Shown here: piece after piece, positions 26,318 to 35,703 of the stretch
Layout: each line of letters starts with the position of its first letter
How positions within the stretch are numbered: the first letter of the stretch is position 1
Assembly (NCBI GenBank): GCA_028697835.1
Contig: JAQVDK010000001.1
Span: 1-56,856 of the forward strand
DNA: 56,856 nt
DNA from: Eubacteriales bacterium
GTDB lineage: Bacteria; Bacillota; Clostridia; Monoglobales; Firm-18
Direction: 5' to 3'
Notes under the pieces: generated by a model
Told to the model about the DNA's origin: nothing
Databases searched by the model: none
The model's input: the letters and a program-made list of their open reading frames with translations, nothing else
Program-made: the position numbers and the translations under genes

Positions 26318-27799
26318 TTAGCAGTTTAGCATTACTTTAAACTTACCATAAGCCTCCCTCCAGACTTCTTCATCCTGGGGAGCATATTCTTCAAATTCAA
26401 AAGAATTCTTGACAACTTCACGTCCCTTAGCAAGAGAATCAATCTTTCCAAGGGCAATAAGCTGCAGCATTACATTTCCGGCGGCTGTTGCTTCAATAGG
26501 ACCTGCCTTTACAACCCTGCCTGTTGCGTTGGCTGTAAACTGGCAAAGCATCTTGTTTTGCACTCCTCCGCCAACCATATGAATAATATCAATTTTCCTA
26601 TCCAAAACATCTTCCATTCCCTCAAGGGTGAAAAGATATTTCAGTGCAAGGCTTTCTACTACGCAGCGGATTATTTCGCCCTTTGTTTCGGGCACCTTTT
26701 GACCGGTTTGCCGGCAGATTTTTTTCACTCTCTCCGGCATGTTACCGGGGGTTGCAAAAACCTCATCGTCGGGGTCTATGAAAGACACCAAACCTTCCGC
26801 TTCCCAAGCCATTTTTTGAAGGTCGTCAAAGGACAGGTTTTCTCCCTCCCTTTGCCATTGCCTTCTGCACTCTTGAACAATCCAAAGCCCCATAATGTTC
26901 TTTAAAAACCTTATGGTGTTTTCTACTCCGCCTTCGTTTGTGAAGTTATATTCTTTTGCCTTTTCGCTGTTGCAAGGCTCGTCTAATTCCATTCCCATAA
27001 GCGACCAAGTGCCGCTGCTAATATAAACGCTGTTTTGAGGATTGTCGAAGGGGACGCTGGCAACAGCGCTGCCGGTATCGTGGGACGCAACCGCCACAAC
27101 GGGAATGGGGTCAACACGAAGCTCTTTTGAAATATCTTCTTTAAGATTGCCTATAACAGTTCCTGCTGGAACAATGTCGGTAAAAATATCCTTTCTAAAT
27201 CCAAATTTTTCAAAAATCCCCTCGGACCATTTTCCGGTGTGGACATTTAGAAGTTGGGATGTTGATGCAATAGTGTATTCTGTGATTTTAACGCCTGTCA
27301 GGAAATAATTTAAAAGGTCGGGCATAAAAAGAAATGTTTCGGCCATTTCAAGTGCCGGTGAGTCAGACTCTTTCATTGCAAGGAGCTGATACAAGGTATT
27401 AAACCAAATGGTTTGTATCCCCGTTTCCTTATAAATATATCCGTCGCCCGCAATTGCACCTGCCAGCTCCATCATGCCTTCTGTGCGGGTGTCACGATAG
27501 TGGTAAGGATTTCCTATAAGGTCTCCGTTTTTGTCAAGCAAGCCAAAGTCAACGCCCCAAGTGTCTATTCCAATGGACAAAATGTCTTTATGCCCGCTGT
27601 TTACGGTTTTCAATATGCCGGTTTTTATTTCAAAAAAGAGCCTTAAAACATCCCAAAACAAGTGGTCGTTAACACTTACCGGGTCGTTGGAAAAGCGGTG
27701 CATTTCAGACAGCTTTATCTTTTCGCCATCAAATGTTCCAAGCATGGCACGTCCGCTGGATGCGCCAAAATCAAACGCCAACACTTTTGTTTCTTTCAT
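26318..27799 (-). CDS. rhaB: FGGY-family sugar kinase, rhamnulokinase-like
   Basis: The N-terminus FDFGASSGRAMLG...MHRFSN is typical of rhamnulokinases. The product is 493 aa. No rhaA or rhaD is in the window. Confidence 0.7.
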   Translation of the reverse strand: MKETKVLAFDFGASSGRAMLGTFDGEKIKLSEMHRFSNDPVSVNDHLFWDVLRLFFEIKTGILKTVNSGHKDILSIGIDTWGVDFGLLDKNGDLIGNPYHYRDTRTEGMMELAGAIAGDGYIYKETGIQTIWFNTLYQLLAMKESDSPALEMAETFLFMPDLLNYFLTGVKITEYTIASTSQLLNVHTGKWSEGIFEKFGFRKDIFTDIVPAGTVIGNLKEDISKELRVDPIPVVAVASHDTGSAVASVPFDNPQNSVYISSGTWSLMGMELDEPCNSEKAKEYNFTNEGGVENTIRFLKNIMGLWIVQECRRQWQREGENLSFDDLQKMAWEAEGLVSFIDPDDEVFATPGNMPERVKKICRQTGQKVPETKGEIIRCVVESLALKYLFTLEGMEDVLDRKIDIIHMVGGGVQNKMLCQFTANATGRVVKAGPIEATAAGNVMLQLIALGKIDSLAKGREVVKNSFEFEEYAPQDEEVWREAYGKFKVMLNC

Positions 27800-27984
27800 T
27801 CATCCCAATCCTTTCTTTAAATAAGCTTATTTTACACTGTATAATATTTACAAAACATAAAAATCTTAACAATATCTTATCATAATAAGTTTGCTTTTTC
27901 AACACTCACTTGATTTTTTTGCAAATTTCGTGTAACATAATAACATGTTAATTTTTAAACAACAAAAGCTTAAGGAATGGTAAT

Positions 27985-29694
27985 ATGTTAAAGCTGGCAG
28001 TATATTTGAAAGACTTTAAAAAACAGGTTGTTTTAGGGCCTGTTTTCAAGCTGATTGAGGCAATTTTCGAGCTTATAGTCCCCATTGTCATGGCAAGAAT
28101 TATCGACATAGGCATTAAAAATGCCGATGTGCCATATATACTGAAAATGGGTGGAGTTCTTGTGCTTTTAAGCGTTGTGGGGCTTGCCTCTTCCATCACC
28201 TGCCAAAGGTTTGCTGCAATTGCCTCTCAAGGCTTTGGCACGGTTCTTCGCAATAAAATGTTTGAAAAGATAACCGCATTTTCCTTTGCCGAGGCGGACA
28301 AATTCGGTGCATCTTCCCTTATAACACGCGTAACCAGCGATATAAACCAGCTTCAGTTGGCAGTTGCAATGCTTATACGGCTTGTGGTAAGGGCTCCTTT
28401 TCTTGCCATAGGCTCCGTTGCCATGGCAATTTGGGTAAACCCGCAGCTATCGCTTGTGTTTTTAATAATAACCGTGATGATAGCTGTTGCCCTTTATTTA
28501 GTTATGTCCAAATCTGTGCCGCTATATAGGCAAATACAGAAAAGATTAGACAAAATTTCATCAGTAACCAGGGAAAATCTTGAAGGCATAAAGGTAATTC
28601 GTGCCTTTGCCATGCAGGATATGGAAAAGCGGCGGTTTGACTTTGCAAGCGACGATTTTGCCATTGCAAGCATTAATGTGGGAAAACTGTCTGCCCTTTT
28701 AAATCCCCTTACCTATTTAATTGTAAACACAGGCATAATCGCAATACTTTGGTTTGGCGGGGAAAGGGTTTTTAGCGGCGCTCTTTTGCAAGGCGAGCTT
28801 GTGGCGCTGATAAACTATATGACGCAAATACTTTTAGCCCTTGTAGTTGTGGCTAACTTGGTAGTTTTGTTCACAAGGGCGGCCGCCTCTGCGGCAAGGG
28901 TGCAAGAGGTTTTAGACAGCCAATCCCAAATAAAAGAAGGTGTCCTTTCAATATCCCAAAGCGCAAAGCATAAAGTATCCTTTAAAAACGTCTCCTTTTC
29001 CTATGGCGGTGAAAAGGTATTAAGCAATATAAGCTTTGATGTTGACCCGGGGGAAACAATTGGCATAATCGGCACCACGGGCTCCGGCAAAACCACTTTG
29101 GTAAACCTTATTCCAAGATTTTATGACGCCTGCGAAGGTGAAGTTTTAATAGACGGTGTAAATGTAGCGGACTATACATTTGATTGCCTTAACCACAAAA
29201 TAGGAATGGTTTTGCAAAAGGCGGCACTTTTTCATGGCACTGTAAGGGAAAACATAAAATGGGGAAAAGAGGATGCAACGGACGAGGAAATTATTAGGGC
29301 ACTAAAAATTGCCCAGGCTTATGAATTTGTAGAAAAGCTGCCTTTAAAGCTTGATGAGGTAATCTCTCAAAGCGGCAAAAACCTATCGGGCGGACAAAAA
29401 CAAAGGCTTACCATTGCAAGAGCCCTTGTAAAAAACCCTGAAATTCTAATTTTAGACGACAGCTCCAGCGCCTTAGACTATGTTACGGAGGCGCAGCTTA
29501 GAGGGGAAATCAGGGAGAACTTTGAAAACTCTATAATATTTATTATTTCTCAAAGGGTTGTTTCCGTTAAGGATTTGGACAAAATAATAGTCTTGGACGA
29601 TGGAGAAATTGCAGGTATGGGAAGCCACAGCCATCTCTTTGACGCCTGTGAGGAATACCGCAAAATCTGCCATTCTCAGGAGGTGGACAAGTGA
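27985..29694 (+). CDS. ABC exporter half-transporter (TMD-NBD), degenerate-site subunit
   Basis: Walker A is GTTGSGKTT and the signature is LSGGQKQR. Walker B reads ILILDDSS, with Asp in place of the catalytic Glu. The H-loop position reads ISQRV, with Gln in place of His. Confidence 0.85.
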   Translation: MLKLAVYLKDFKKQVVLGPVFKLIEAIFELIVPIVMARIIDIGIKNADVPYILKMGGVLVLLSVVGLASSITCQRFAAIASQGFGTVLRNKMFEKITAFSFAEADKFGASSLITRVTSDINQLQLAVAMLIRLVVRAPFLAIGSVAMAIWVNPQLSLVFLIITVMIAVALYLVMSKSVPLYRQIQKRLDKISSVTRENLEGIKVIRAFAMQDMEKRRFDFASDDFAIASINVGKLSALLNPLTYLIVNTGIIAILWFGGERVFSGALLQGELVALINYMTQILLALVVVANLVVLFTRAAASAARVQEVLDSQSQIKEGVLSISQSAKHKVSFKNVSFSYGGEKVLSNISFDVDPGETIGIIGTTGSGKTTLVNLIPRFYDACEGEVLIDGVNVADYTFDCLNHKIGMVLQKAALFHGTVRENIKWGKEDATDEEIIRALKIAQAYEFVEKLPLKLDEVISQSGKNLSGGQKQRLTIARALVKNPEILILDDSSSALDYVTEAQLRGEIRENFENSIIFIISQRVVSVKDLDKIIVLDDGEIAGMGSHSHLFDACEEYRKICHSQEVDK

Positions 29695-31406
29695 TTACCT
29701 TAAAGCGAATTTTAAAGTTTGTAAACCCATATAAAAAATATATTTTAATGTCAATAATTTTCGCATTGCTAAGTGTATCGTTTACTCTTTTAACGCCTGT
29801 GCTTATAGGAATGGGTGTTGACCTTGTCATTGGGGCGGGCAATGTTGATTTTAAGGGCCTTTTAAAAATCCTTTTTTATTTGCTTGCAAGTGCTTGTTTA
29901 GCTTCCGTGTTTCAGTGGATGATGTCCGTTTCTACAAACAAGCTTACTTACAACACATCACGGGATATGCGAAAGCTCGCCTTTGAAAGGCTTGTTAAAA
30001 TGCCGCTGGGGTTTGTTGACAACCACCAGCACGGCGACATTATAAGCCGCATAACCGCCGATATAGAGCAGGTTGCAGACGGGCTTTTGCAAGGCTTTAC
30101 ACAGCTTTTTTCAGGCATAGTCACTATTTTGGGTACCCTTGCATTTATGTTTTTTATAAATCCATATATTACCCTTGTTGTGATTATCCTTACCCCTCTT
30201 TCGTTTTTCATTTCAACACGCATTGCGAAAATGTCGTATGATATGTTTTCCAAGCAGTTTCAAGTTCAAGGGGAGCTGACCTCATATATAAACGAAATGG
30301 TAGGCAATCAGCGGGTTATAAAAGCGTTCAGATATGAAGATAAGGCTCAGGCAACGTTTGAAGAAATAAACAGCCGGCTTTACGGCTATGGGGTAAAAGC
30401 ACAGTTTTATTCCTCGCTTACAAATCCATCCACACGATTTGTAAATGGGCTTGTTTATGCCGCTGTGGGAATTGCAGGGGCAATTTTGGCGGTTTCGGGG
30501 CTTTTGACGGTTGGGCAAATAACCAGTTTTTTGAATTATGCAAATCAATACACCAAGCCCTTTAACGAGATTTCCGGGGTTATTACTCAGCTTCAATCGG
30601 CAATTGCAGGAGCAGAAAGAATTTTTTACCTGATTGATGGAAAAACTGAATCTGACGACACAGAAAAGCTGGAAATATCGGACTGCAAGGGATATGTTTC
30701 TTTTGAAAATGTGGATTTTTCATACAACAAGAAAAAAACGCTCATAAGAAACTTTAACTTAAAAGTAAGCCCCGGAATGAGGGTTGCAATAGTCGGTCCG
30801 ACAGGCAGCGGCAAAACCACTTTGATAAACCTTTTAATGCGTTTTTACGATACGGACAAAGGCACAATTTGGGTTGACGAAACAGACATAAAAAACATTA
30901 AAAGAAACAGCCTTCGCCGCCTATACGGCATGGTGTTGCAGGAAACATGGCTTTTTGAAGGCACGATAAAAGAAAATATCGCCTATGGAAAAAAAGATGC
31001 TTCCATGGACGATATTATAAAAGCCGCAAAGGCGGCATATGCTCATAATTTTATTGTAAAGCTCCCAAATGGGTATGACACCATGATTGTTGGAAGCGGG
31101 GATAATTTATCCCAAGGTCAAAGGCAGCTTCTTTGTATAGCCCGGGCAATGCTAATGAGTCCTCCTATGCTTATTTTGGACGAGGCAACAAGCAGCATTG
31201 ACACCCTGACGGAAATAAGAATCCAAGAAGCCTTCCAAAAGCTGATGCAAGGCAAAACAAGCTTTATAGTTGCCCATCGACTTTCGACCATACGAAATTC
31301 CGACATAATTTTGGTAATGAAGGACGGTCAAATAGCCGAGCAGGGTAACCACCAACAGCTTATGGCAAATCGTGGCTTTTACTTTCAACTAAACGATGTA
31401 ACATAG
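29691..31406 (+). CDS. ABC exporter half-transporter (TMD-NBD), consensus-site subunit
   Basis: Walker A is GPTGSGKTT, Walker B is LILDEATS and the H-loop is VAHRLST. The signature is non-canonical (LSQGQRQ). The start overlaps the partner's stop by 4 nt. Confidence 0.85.
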   Translation: MITLKRILKFVNPYKKYILMSIIFALLSVSFTLLTPVLIGMGVDLVIGAGNVDFKGLLKILFYLLASACLASVFQWMMSVSTNKLTYNTSRDMRKLAFERLVKMPLGFVDNHQHGDIISRITADIEQVADGLLQGFTQLFSGIVTILGTLAFMFFINPYITLVVIILTPLSFFISTRIAKMSYDMFSKQFQVQGELTSYINEMVGNQRVIKAFRYEDKAQATFEEINSRLYGYGVKAQFYSSLTNPSTRFVNGLVYAAVGIAGAILAVSGLLTVGQITSFLNYANQYTKPFNEISGVITQLQSAIAGAERIFYLIDGKTESDDTEKLEISDCKGYVSFENVDFSYNKKKTLIRNFNLKVSPGMRVAIVGPTGSGKTTLINLLMRFYDTDKGTIWVDETDIKNIKRNSLRRLYGMVLQETWLFEGTIKENIAYGKKDASMDDIIKAAKAAYAHNFIVKLPNGYDTMIVGSGDNLSQGQRQLLCIARAMLMSPPMLILDEATSSIDTLTEIRIQEAFQKLMQGKTSFIVAHRLSTIRNSDIILVMKDGQIAEQGNHQQLMANRGFYFQLNDVT

Positions 31407-31968
31407 GTGATATTGGCTTGTAAATAACTGCGGTAATAAGGGATATAATTGCGCCTTTTAATAAATTAAAAGGGGTTATTCCAAACAAAACAAGGGTTGG
31501 CAAATCTTTTATAAATTTATTGGCCGCACTGGAAATATTGATTATTTCTTCCATTGGCATAAATCTGCTGTAAAACGGTATGGTAATATACAAATTTACT
31601 ATATAGCCAATAACAGTCATGCTTAAAGTTGATACAAAAAGACCTAAAATCGCGCCTTTTTTGGTGCGATTTTTTTTGTAAACGATGCCTGCCGGGATAA
31701 CAAAGGCAGCCCCGACCAAAAAGTTTGCAAGCTCGCCAACAAAAGCTGTTCTTGTAGAGGTCATATGTATTAAATTTTTTACCAAAACCACCACCGCGCC
31801 CCATATTGGACCTAATGCGAAAGACATTACAACCCCCGGAATGTCGCTTATGTCAAATTTTAGAAACGGTGGAAAAAAAGGCAGCGGAAATTCAATAAAC
31901 ATTAAAATCCCTGCCATGGCAGACATAATTGCAGTAAGAGTCAGTTTTCTTACCCTCGTATTTTTCAT
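31360..31968 (-). CDS. ribU: riboflavin ECF-transporter S component
   Basis: RKLTLTAIMSAMAGILMFIEFPLPFFPPFLKFDISDIP is RibU-like. The gene lies directly downstream of an FMN riboswitch. Its 3' end overlaps the ABC gene convergently by 47 nt. Confidence 0.8.
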   Translation of the reverse strand: MKNTRVRKLTLTAIMSAMAGILMFIEFPLPFFPPFLKFDISDIPGVVMSFALGPIWGAVVVLVKNLIHMTSTRTAFVGELANFLVGAAFVIPAGIVYKKNRTKKGAILGLFVSTLSMTVIGYIVNLYITIPFYSRFMPMEEIINISSAANKFIKDLPTLVLFGITPFNLLKGAIISLITAVIYKPISPMLHRLVESKSHDLP

Positions 31969-32016
31969 TTTACCCTCATTCTCCTTTTCCTTTTTTTATC
32001 CGGGCGGAATGAAGTA

Positions 32017-32190
32017 TAAAAAAACAAAAATCCTGATGAAACATCAGGACAACACAAAAAAAGCATACTTCTTCCATCCAGACTTTACTGTCGGCTTCGG
32101 AATTTCACCGAATCAACCATAAGATGCATATACTTATGGCTCGTGGGCTATACCACCGGTAGGGAATTTCACCCGTCCCTGAAGTTTCAT
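32017..32190 (-). promoter_or_regulatory. FMN riboswitch (RFN element) with terminator expression platform
   Basis: The minus strand reads cttcagggacgGGTGAAATTCCCTACCGGTGGTatAGCCCacGAGCc...ttcGGTGAAATTCCgaaGCCGACAGTaaAGTCTGGATGgaAGAAG. The hairpin tcctgat/atcagga plus a T-run follows at 32017-32049. Confidence 0.9.
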
Positions 32191-32256
32191 CTATATTTTA
32201 ACCCTTGTTTTAGTTTTTGTCAATATCTTTTTAAAAATTTGGCAATAATAATTCCG

Positions 32257-32733
32257 GTGATAAAATTGACAAAAATAAGCAAGATTATTAATCTTCCGGT
32301 TGTTTCAAAAAAAGACAATATAACCCTTGGAAGAATTGAGGATGTTTTATACAATCCAAAAACCATGGAAGTCATAGGTTATTATGTATCTTCCGGTTTT
32401 ATTGTAAAACGCACCAAATTTCTTTATGCATCAAAAATTTTGCAAATAAAGAAATCCTTGGTTTATGTGGAGGATAAAAATTCACTTATACCGTACAAAA
32501 AGTTTTACAAGTTTAAAAAATACAAACTTTTTCAAAAGGATACCGCAGGAGTTGGCATTACGTTAAACGGCGGAAAGATAGGCTCGGTCAGCGATATGAT
32601 TGCAACAAGCAACAAAATATTTGCACTTGAAATTTCCAATGGTTTTGCAGAAGATATTTTAAACGGAAGAAAAAAAATCAGCATAAATAACAGCGTTAAT
32701 TTTGGTAATAATAATATTGAAATAAATGATTAA
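32257..32733 (+). CDS. PRC-barrel-like domain protein (hypothetical)
   Basis: The track ORF 32143-32733 begins inside the riboswitch, so GTG 32257 is the plausible start. LPVVSKKDNITLGRIEDVLYNPKTMEVIGYYV resembles YlmC/YmxH-type PRC barrels. Confidence 0.45.
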   Translation: MIKLTKISKIINLPVVSKKDNITLGRIEDVLYNPKTMEVIGYYVSSGFIVKRTKFLYASKILQIKKSLVYVEDKNSLIPYKKFYKFKKYKLFQKDTAGVGITLNGGKIGSVSDMIATSNKIFALEISNGFAEDILNGRKKISINNSVNFGNNNIEIND

Positions 32734-32747
32734 GGGGTGCAAAAAGC

Positions 32748-32924
32748 ATGAATACAGGTTCATTTGTAAAAGGTATTGTAACAGGCGCAGTTATAGGCAT
32801 GGGAATATCGATGCTGGCAGTTCCGACCGACGAGCGCGACCGCAAAAGACTTGCGAAAAAGACTTCCAAAGTGTTTACAACATTGGGCGCTGTCGCTGAT
32901 AATATAATGGACGTTGTGAAATAA
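32748..32924 (+). CDS. 58-aa small membrane protein (below the ORF-track cutoff)
   Basis: ATG 32748 lies 8 nt after an AAGGGGTG RBS. The translation is MNTGSFVKGIVTGAVIGMGISMLAVPTDERDRKRLAKKTSKVFTTLGAVADNIMDVVK, with a Gly-zipper TM helix and a basic amphipathic tail. The hairpin atggcgc/gcgccat follows. Confidence 0.45.
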   Translation: MNTGSFVKGIVTGAVIGMGISMLAVPTDERDRKRLAKKTSKVFTTLGAVADNIMDVVK

Positions 32925-32990
32925 CGTTTATAAATGGCGCCAAAAAGCGCCATACATAACAGCGGAAAGGTATTTTAAGGTAAGCCATAC

Positions 32991-33983
32991 ATGAAAAGAA
33001 AAATATTGTTTTTTGTTATTTGCGCCCTTGCAGCAGCTTTTATGGTCATAGCAAGGTCTGCCCTTCGTCCTTTATATATTGCCCTTGTTTTGACATATCT
33101 GATTTTGCCCGTTGTAAAAAAATTGGAACGAAGCGGCGTTAAAAGAATAGCTGCGCTTGTATTTACTTATACACTGTTGGTGTTTATTGTTATAGCAGTA
33201 TTTTGGATTGGTGTTCCGTTTTTACTATCGGGAGTTAAATCCTTGCAAAAGGCAGTCAGCGATTACCTTTTAGATATAGATATGCCTTTTGACATACCAA
33301 TCAGCTTTGAAGAGTTAATCGAGCAATTTGCCTCATTAGGTATGGAATATATAGGCGGTGCGGTAAACAAGCTTATTTCCACAATAAACTTTGTTTTTAA
33401 TGTTATTTTGGGCATGGTGCTAAGCTTTTATATGATACTTGACAGGGAAAAAATTGCAAACTCCCTTATAAGCCTTGTTCCCGTTGGAGCAAGAAGGCGA
33501 GTTTTTAACATAGCCGGAAAAGTGGATGTTGTGCTTAAAAAATTTGTTTTAGGTCAGCTTGCAGTAGCGGCGTCTTTAAGCGCTATTTCATTTCCCGTGC
33601 TTTTGCTTATGCGAATAAAATATGCTTTTATACTTGCAATTTTATTAGGGATTTTAGAATTTGTCCCCTATTTCGGGGCGTTTTTAAGCGCCTTTCCGGC
33701 GGTTGTCATAGCCGCTTCCCAATCCCCCGTAAAAGCCCTTTGGGTAGTGCTTGCGTATATCGGTATCCAACAGCTTGAAAGTGTGTATATATCCCCTAAA
33801 ATTTTGGGCGGAAGCTTTGGAATACATCCTATTATCACTATAATGTCCGTAGTTGTAGGCGGTCATATTTTCGGCTTGTTCGGCATGGTTTTGGCGGTTC
33901 CGGTAGTCGGCATTATTCAAGCTGTAATCGGGGAAATTATAGAAGCCCTTGATGAAGGCGACCTTGCCAAAGATAATATTTAA
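32991..33983 (+). CDS. AI-2E (PerM/YtvI) family transporter
   Basis: The 330-aa polytopic protein carries the ILEFVPYFG motif and a conserved C-terminal VPVVGIIQ region. Confidence 0.8.
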   Translation: MKRKILFFVICALAAAFMVIARSALRPLYIALVLTYLILPVVKKLERSGVKRIAALVFTYTLLVFIVIAVFWIGVPFLLSGVKSLQKAVSDYLLDIDMPFDIPISFEELIEQFASLGMEYIGGAVNKLISTINFVFNVILGMVLSFYMILDREKIANSLISLVPVGARRRVFNIAGKVDVVLKKFVLGQLAVAASLSAISFPVLLLMRIKYAFILAILLGILEFVPYFGAFLSAFPAVVIAASQSPVKALWVVLAYIGIQQLESVYISPKILGGSFGIHPIITIMSVVVGGHIFGLFGMVLAVPVVGIIQAVIGEIIEALDEGDLAKDNI

Positions 33984-33989
33984 GCCACA

Positions 33990-35600
33990 TTAATCAAGCT
34001 GCAAAACCGCCCTTAATCTACCGTCATAACAAACTAACAAAGTATTTCTTTCAACTTCCATTTGCTCTGCCTCAGTTTTTATAATGTCGCCTGTATAATC
34101 CTTTTTGAAAAAGAGAGGGTTTGAGCCTAAAGAATATATTTTGAAACTATTTTGCATTATATCAACTCGAACATAATTTTCATCAATTGCATAAAGCAAG
34201 CCTAAACTTCCGGAAAATCCTGAATATAAATTGCCAAAGGGATTTCGCGTATCGCTCCTTTCGGGGAATATAGACTGGAAAGCTCGAACCATCCCGTTTT
34301 TACCAATATCAAACCTGTAAACATCACCCACATTTATGTCGATAGCACTGTCGAGAATAAATTCTTTAGTATCATTTCCATCAATTGTATCCGGGCCAAT
34401 CACATAAGCAGTTATACGATTAACACTCCCTAAAGACTCAATGGATTTTATGACATAAGTCGGTGTATAAGATGTTATGGAATTTAATGTATATATTACT
34501 GCAGCCTCTGCTGTATTAAAATCGCCCGAAACATTATATAAGGTTACTTTATAGGTGGCCAAATGCTCTAAATCCTCAATACCCCCAGCCGTTACCTCTT
34601 CTTCGGTGGCAAAAAATATCAATGTTTCATTGCTTAGGGTATATTCAAAATTACTCCCACTAAATGTTTTGTTTATTTTATCATATCTTGCCTGACCATC
34701 GAAGGATATCCAAAAGCTACCCTCATTTTCAAAAGCTTGGTAAATATAGTCTATATTTCCTTCTGAATTTCTGCCGTATCTTATTAGGCTGTTTAAAATA
34801 TTACTATCTGACAATAAATTCTTCAAATGGTTTTTTCCTACATAATAATCATTAAACAATACTTTATCTGCACATTGGATTACATGCTCGCCTGCTGCAT
34901 CTATTAATTTAAGAATTAATTTATCTTCATTAGGGTTATACATAAGCTCACTTGTTAAATACGCATATTCAGGGGTTTTTATGTTAACTTTATTAAATTG
35001 ACCAAGCCGCTCTCCATGGCTTATAAATTCAATTGCATATCCTAAGTTAAACAATTCCCGTTGAACCGGAATCGGCTCTCCATTCATTAAGAACTCTGCA
35101 GATTGGGGTATTGATACATATTCAAAGTTTTCGTCATCGCCATAAAACGCAAATGTATTATTCGCAAAATCAATCATGGAATGCAAAAACATATCTTTTA
35201 TGTAAACCATTGGGTACTGTATGCAGGGGGACAGCTCATCATTTACAACAAATAATTTATAAAAAGCAATATCCTCTGTTATATCCACATCAAAGCTTAA
35301 ACTAAGACTTGTACTTAGTGATGTTTTATCTGCATATACTGATTCCATTTTGCCCTGCTCATTGTAAAACGCAGCATAAACCGTTGCATTGGCTGTGCTT
35401 GTAAGTGTTATGTGCATAGAATATGTATCAGCTAAATTCGGAATTCCAAACCATATGTTTTGCCCATCGGTAAAGTAGATGTTCTCAATAATAATGCTGT
35501 TTTCATTGTCTGTAGAGGTATAATCTGCCCACACAGCAATTGCAATTGCAATTGCACACAGCACAAAGCAAACCGCAAAAAGCAAGCATGTTTTTCTCAT
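33990..35600 (-). CDS. membrane-anchored or secreted protein of unknown function
   Basis: The 536-aa product has the N-terminal hydrophobic segment MRKTCLLFAVCFVLCAIAIAIAVWA. I recognised no domain. The gene looks visibly more AT-rich than its neighbours. Confidence 0.6.
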   Translation of the reverse strand: MRKTCLLFAVCFVLCAIAIAIAVWADYTSTDNENSIIIENIYFTDGQNIWFGIPNLADTYSMHITLTSTANATVYAAFYNEQGKMESVYADKTSLSTSLSLSFDVDITEDIAFYKLFVVNDELSPCIQYPMVYIKDMFLHSMIDFANNTFAFYGDDENFEYVSIPQSAEFLMNGEPIPVQRELFNLGYAIEFISHGERLGQFNKVNIKTPEYAYLTSELMYNPNEDKLILKLIDAAGEHVIQCADKVLFNDYYVGKNHLKNLLSDSNILNSLIRYGRNSEGNIDYIYQAFENEGSFWISFDGQARYDKINKTFSGSNFEYTLSNETLIFFATEEEVTAGGIEDLEHLATYKVTLYNVSGDFNTAEAAVIYTLNSITSYTPTYVIKSIESLGSVNRITAYVIGPDTIDGNDTKEFILDSAIDINVGDVYRFDIGKNGMVRAFQSIFPERSDTRNPFGNLYSGFSGSLGLLYAIDENYVRVDIMQNSFKIYSLGSNPLFFKKDYTGDIIKTEAEQMEVERNTLLVCYDGRLRAVLQLD

Positions 35601-35637
35601 GGCAAAGCCTCCTACCGCTCTTTAAAAATATGGTAAA

Positions 35638-35666
35638 ATTATAACATTATTAACTATTTTTGTCAA
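35638..35666 (-). promoter_or_regulatory. perfect-consensus sigma-A promoter for the 536-aa orphan gene
   Basis: On the minus strand: TTGACA (35666-35661), a 17-nt spacer, then TATAAT (35643-35638). It sits between the cphA stop and the orphan gene start. Confidence 0.6.
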
Positions 35667-35703
35667 ATTAACCTTTTAAAAACGGACAACGTAAGGGGAG
35701 TGG

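Noticed and set aside
31685-32256. A plus-strand ORF (31685-32122) and the first 38 codons of ORF 32143-32733 lie here.
   Set aside because: The first is antisense to ribU and to the riboswitch terminator. The second starts inside the FMN riboswitch aptamer. I kept only the part from GTG 32257 as a CDS.
32934-32953. The hairpin atggcgc-caaaaa-gcgccat follows the 58-codon ORF.
   Set aside because: It has no U-tract on the plus strand and only a weak one on the minus strand. I did not call it as a terminator feature, though it may still pause or stabilise transcripts.
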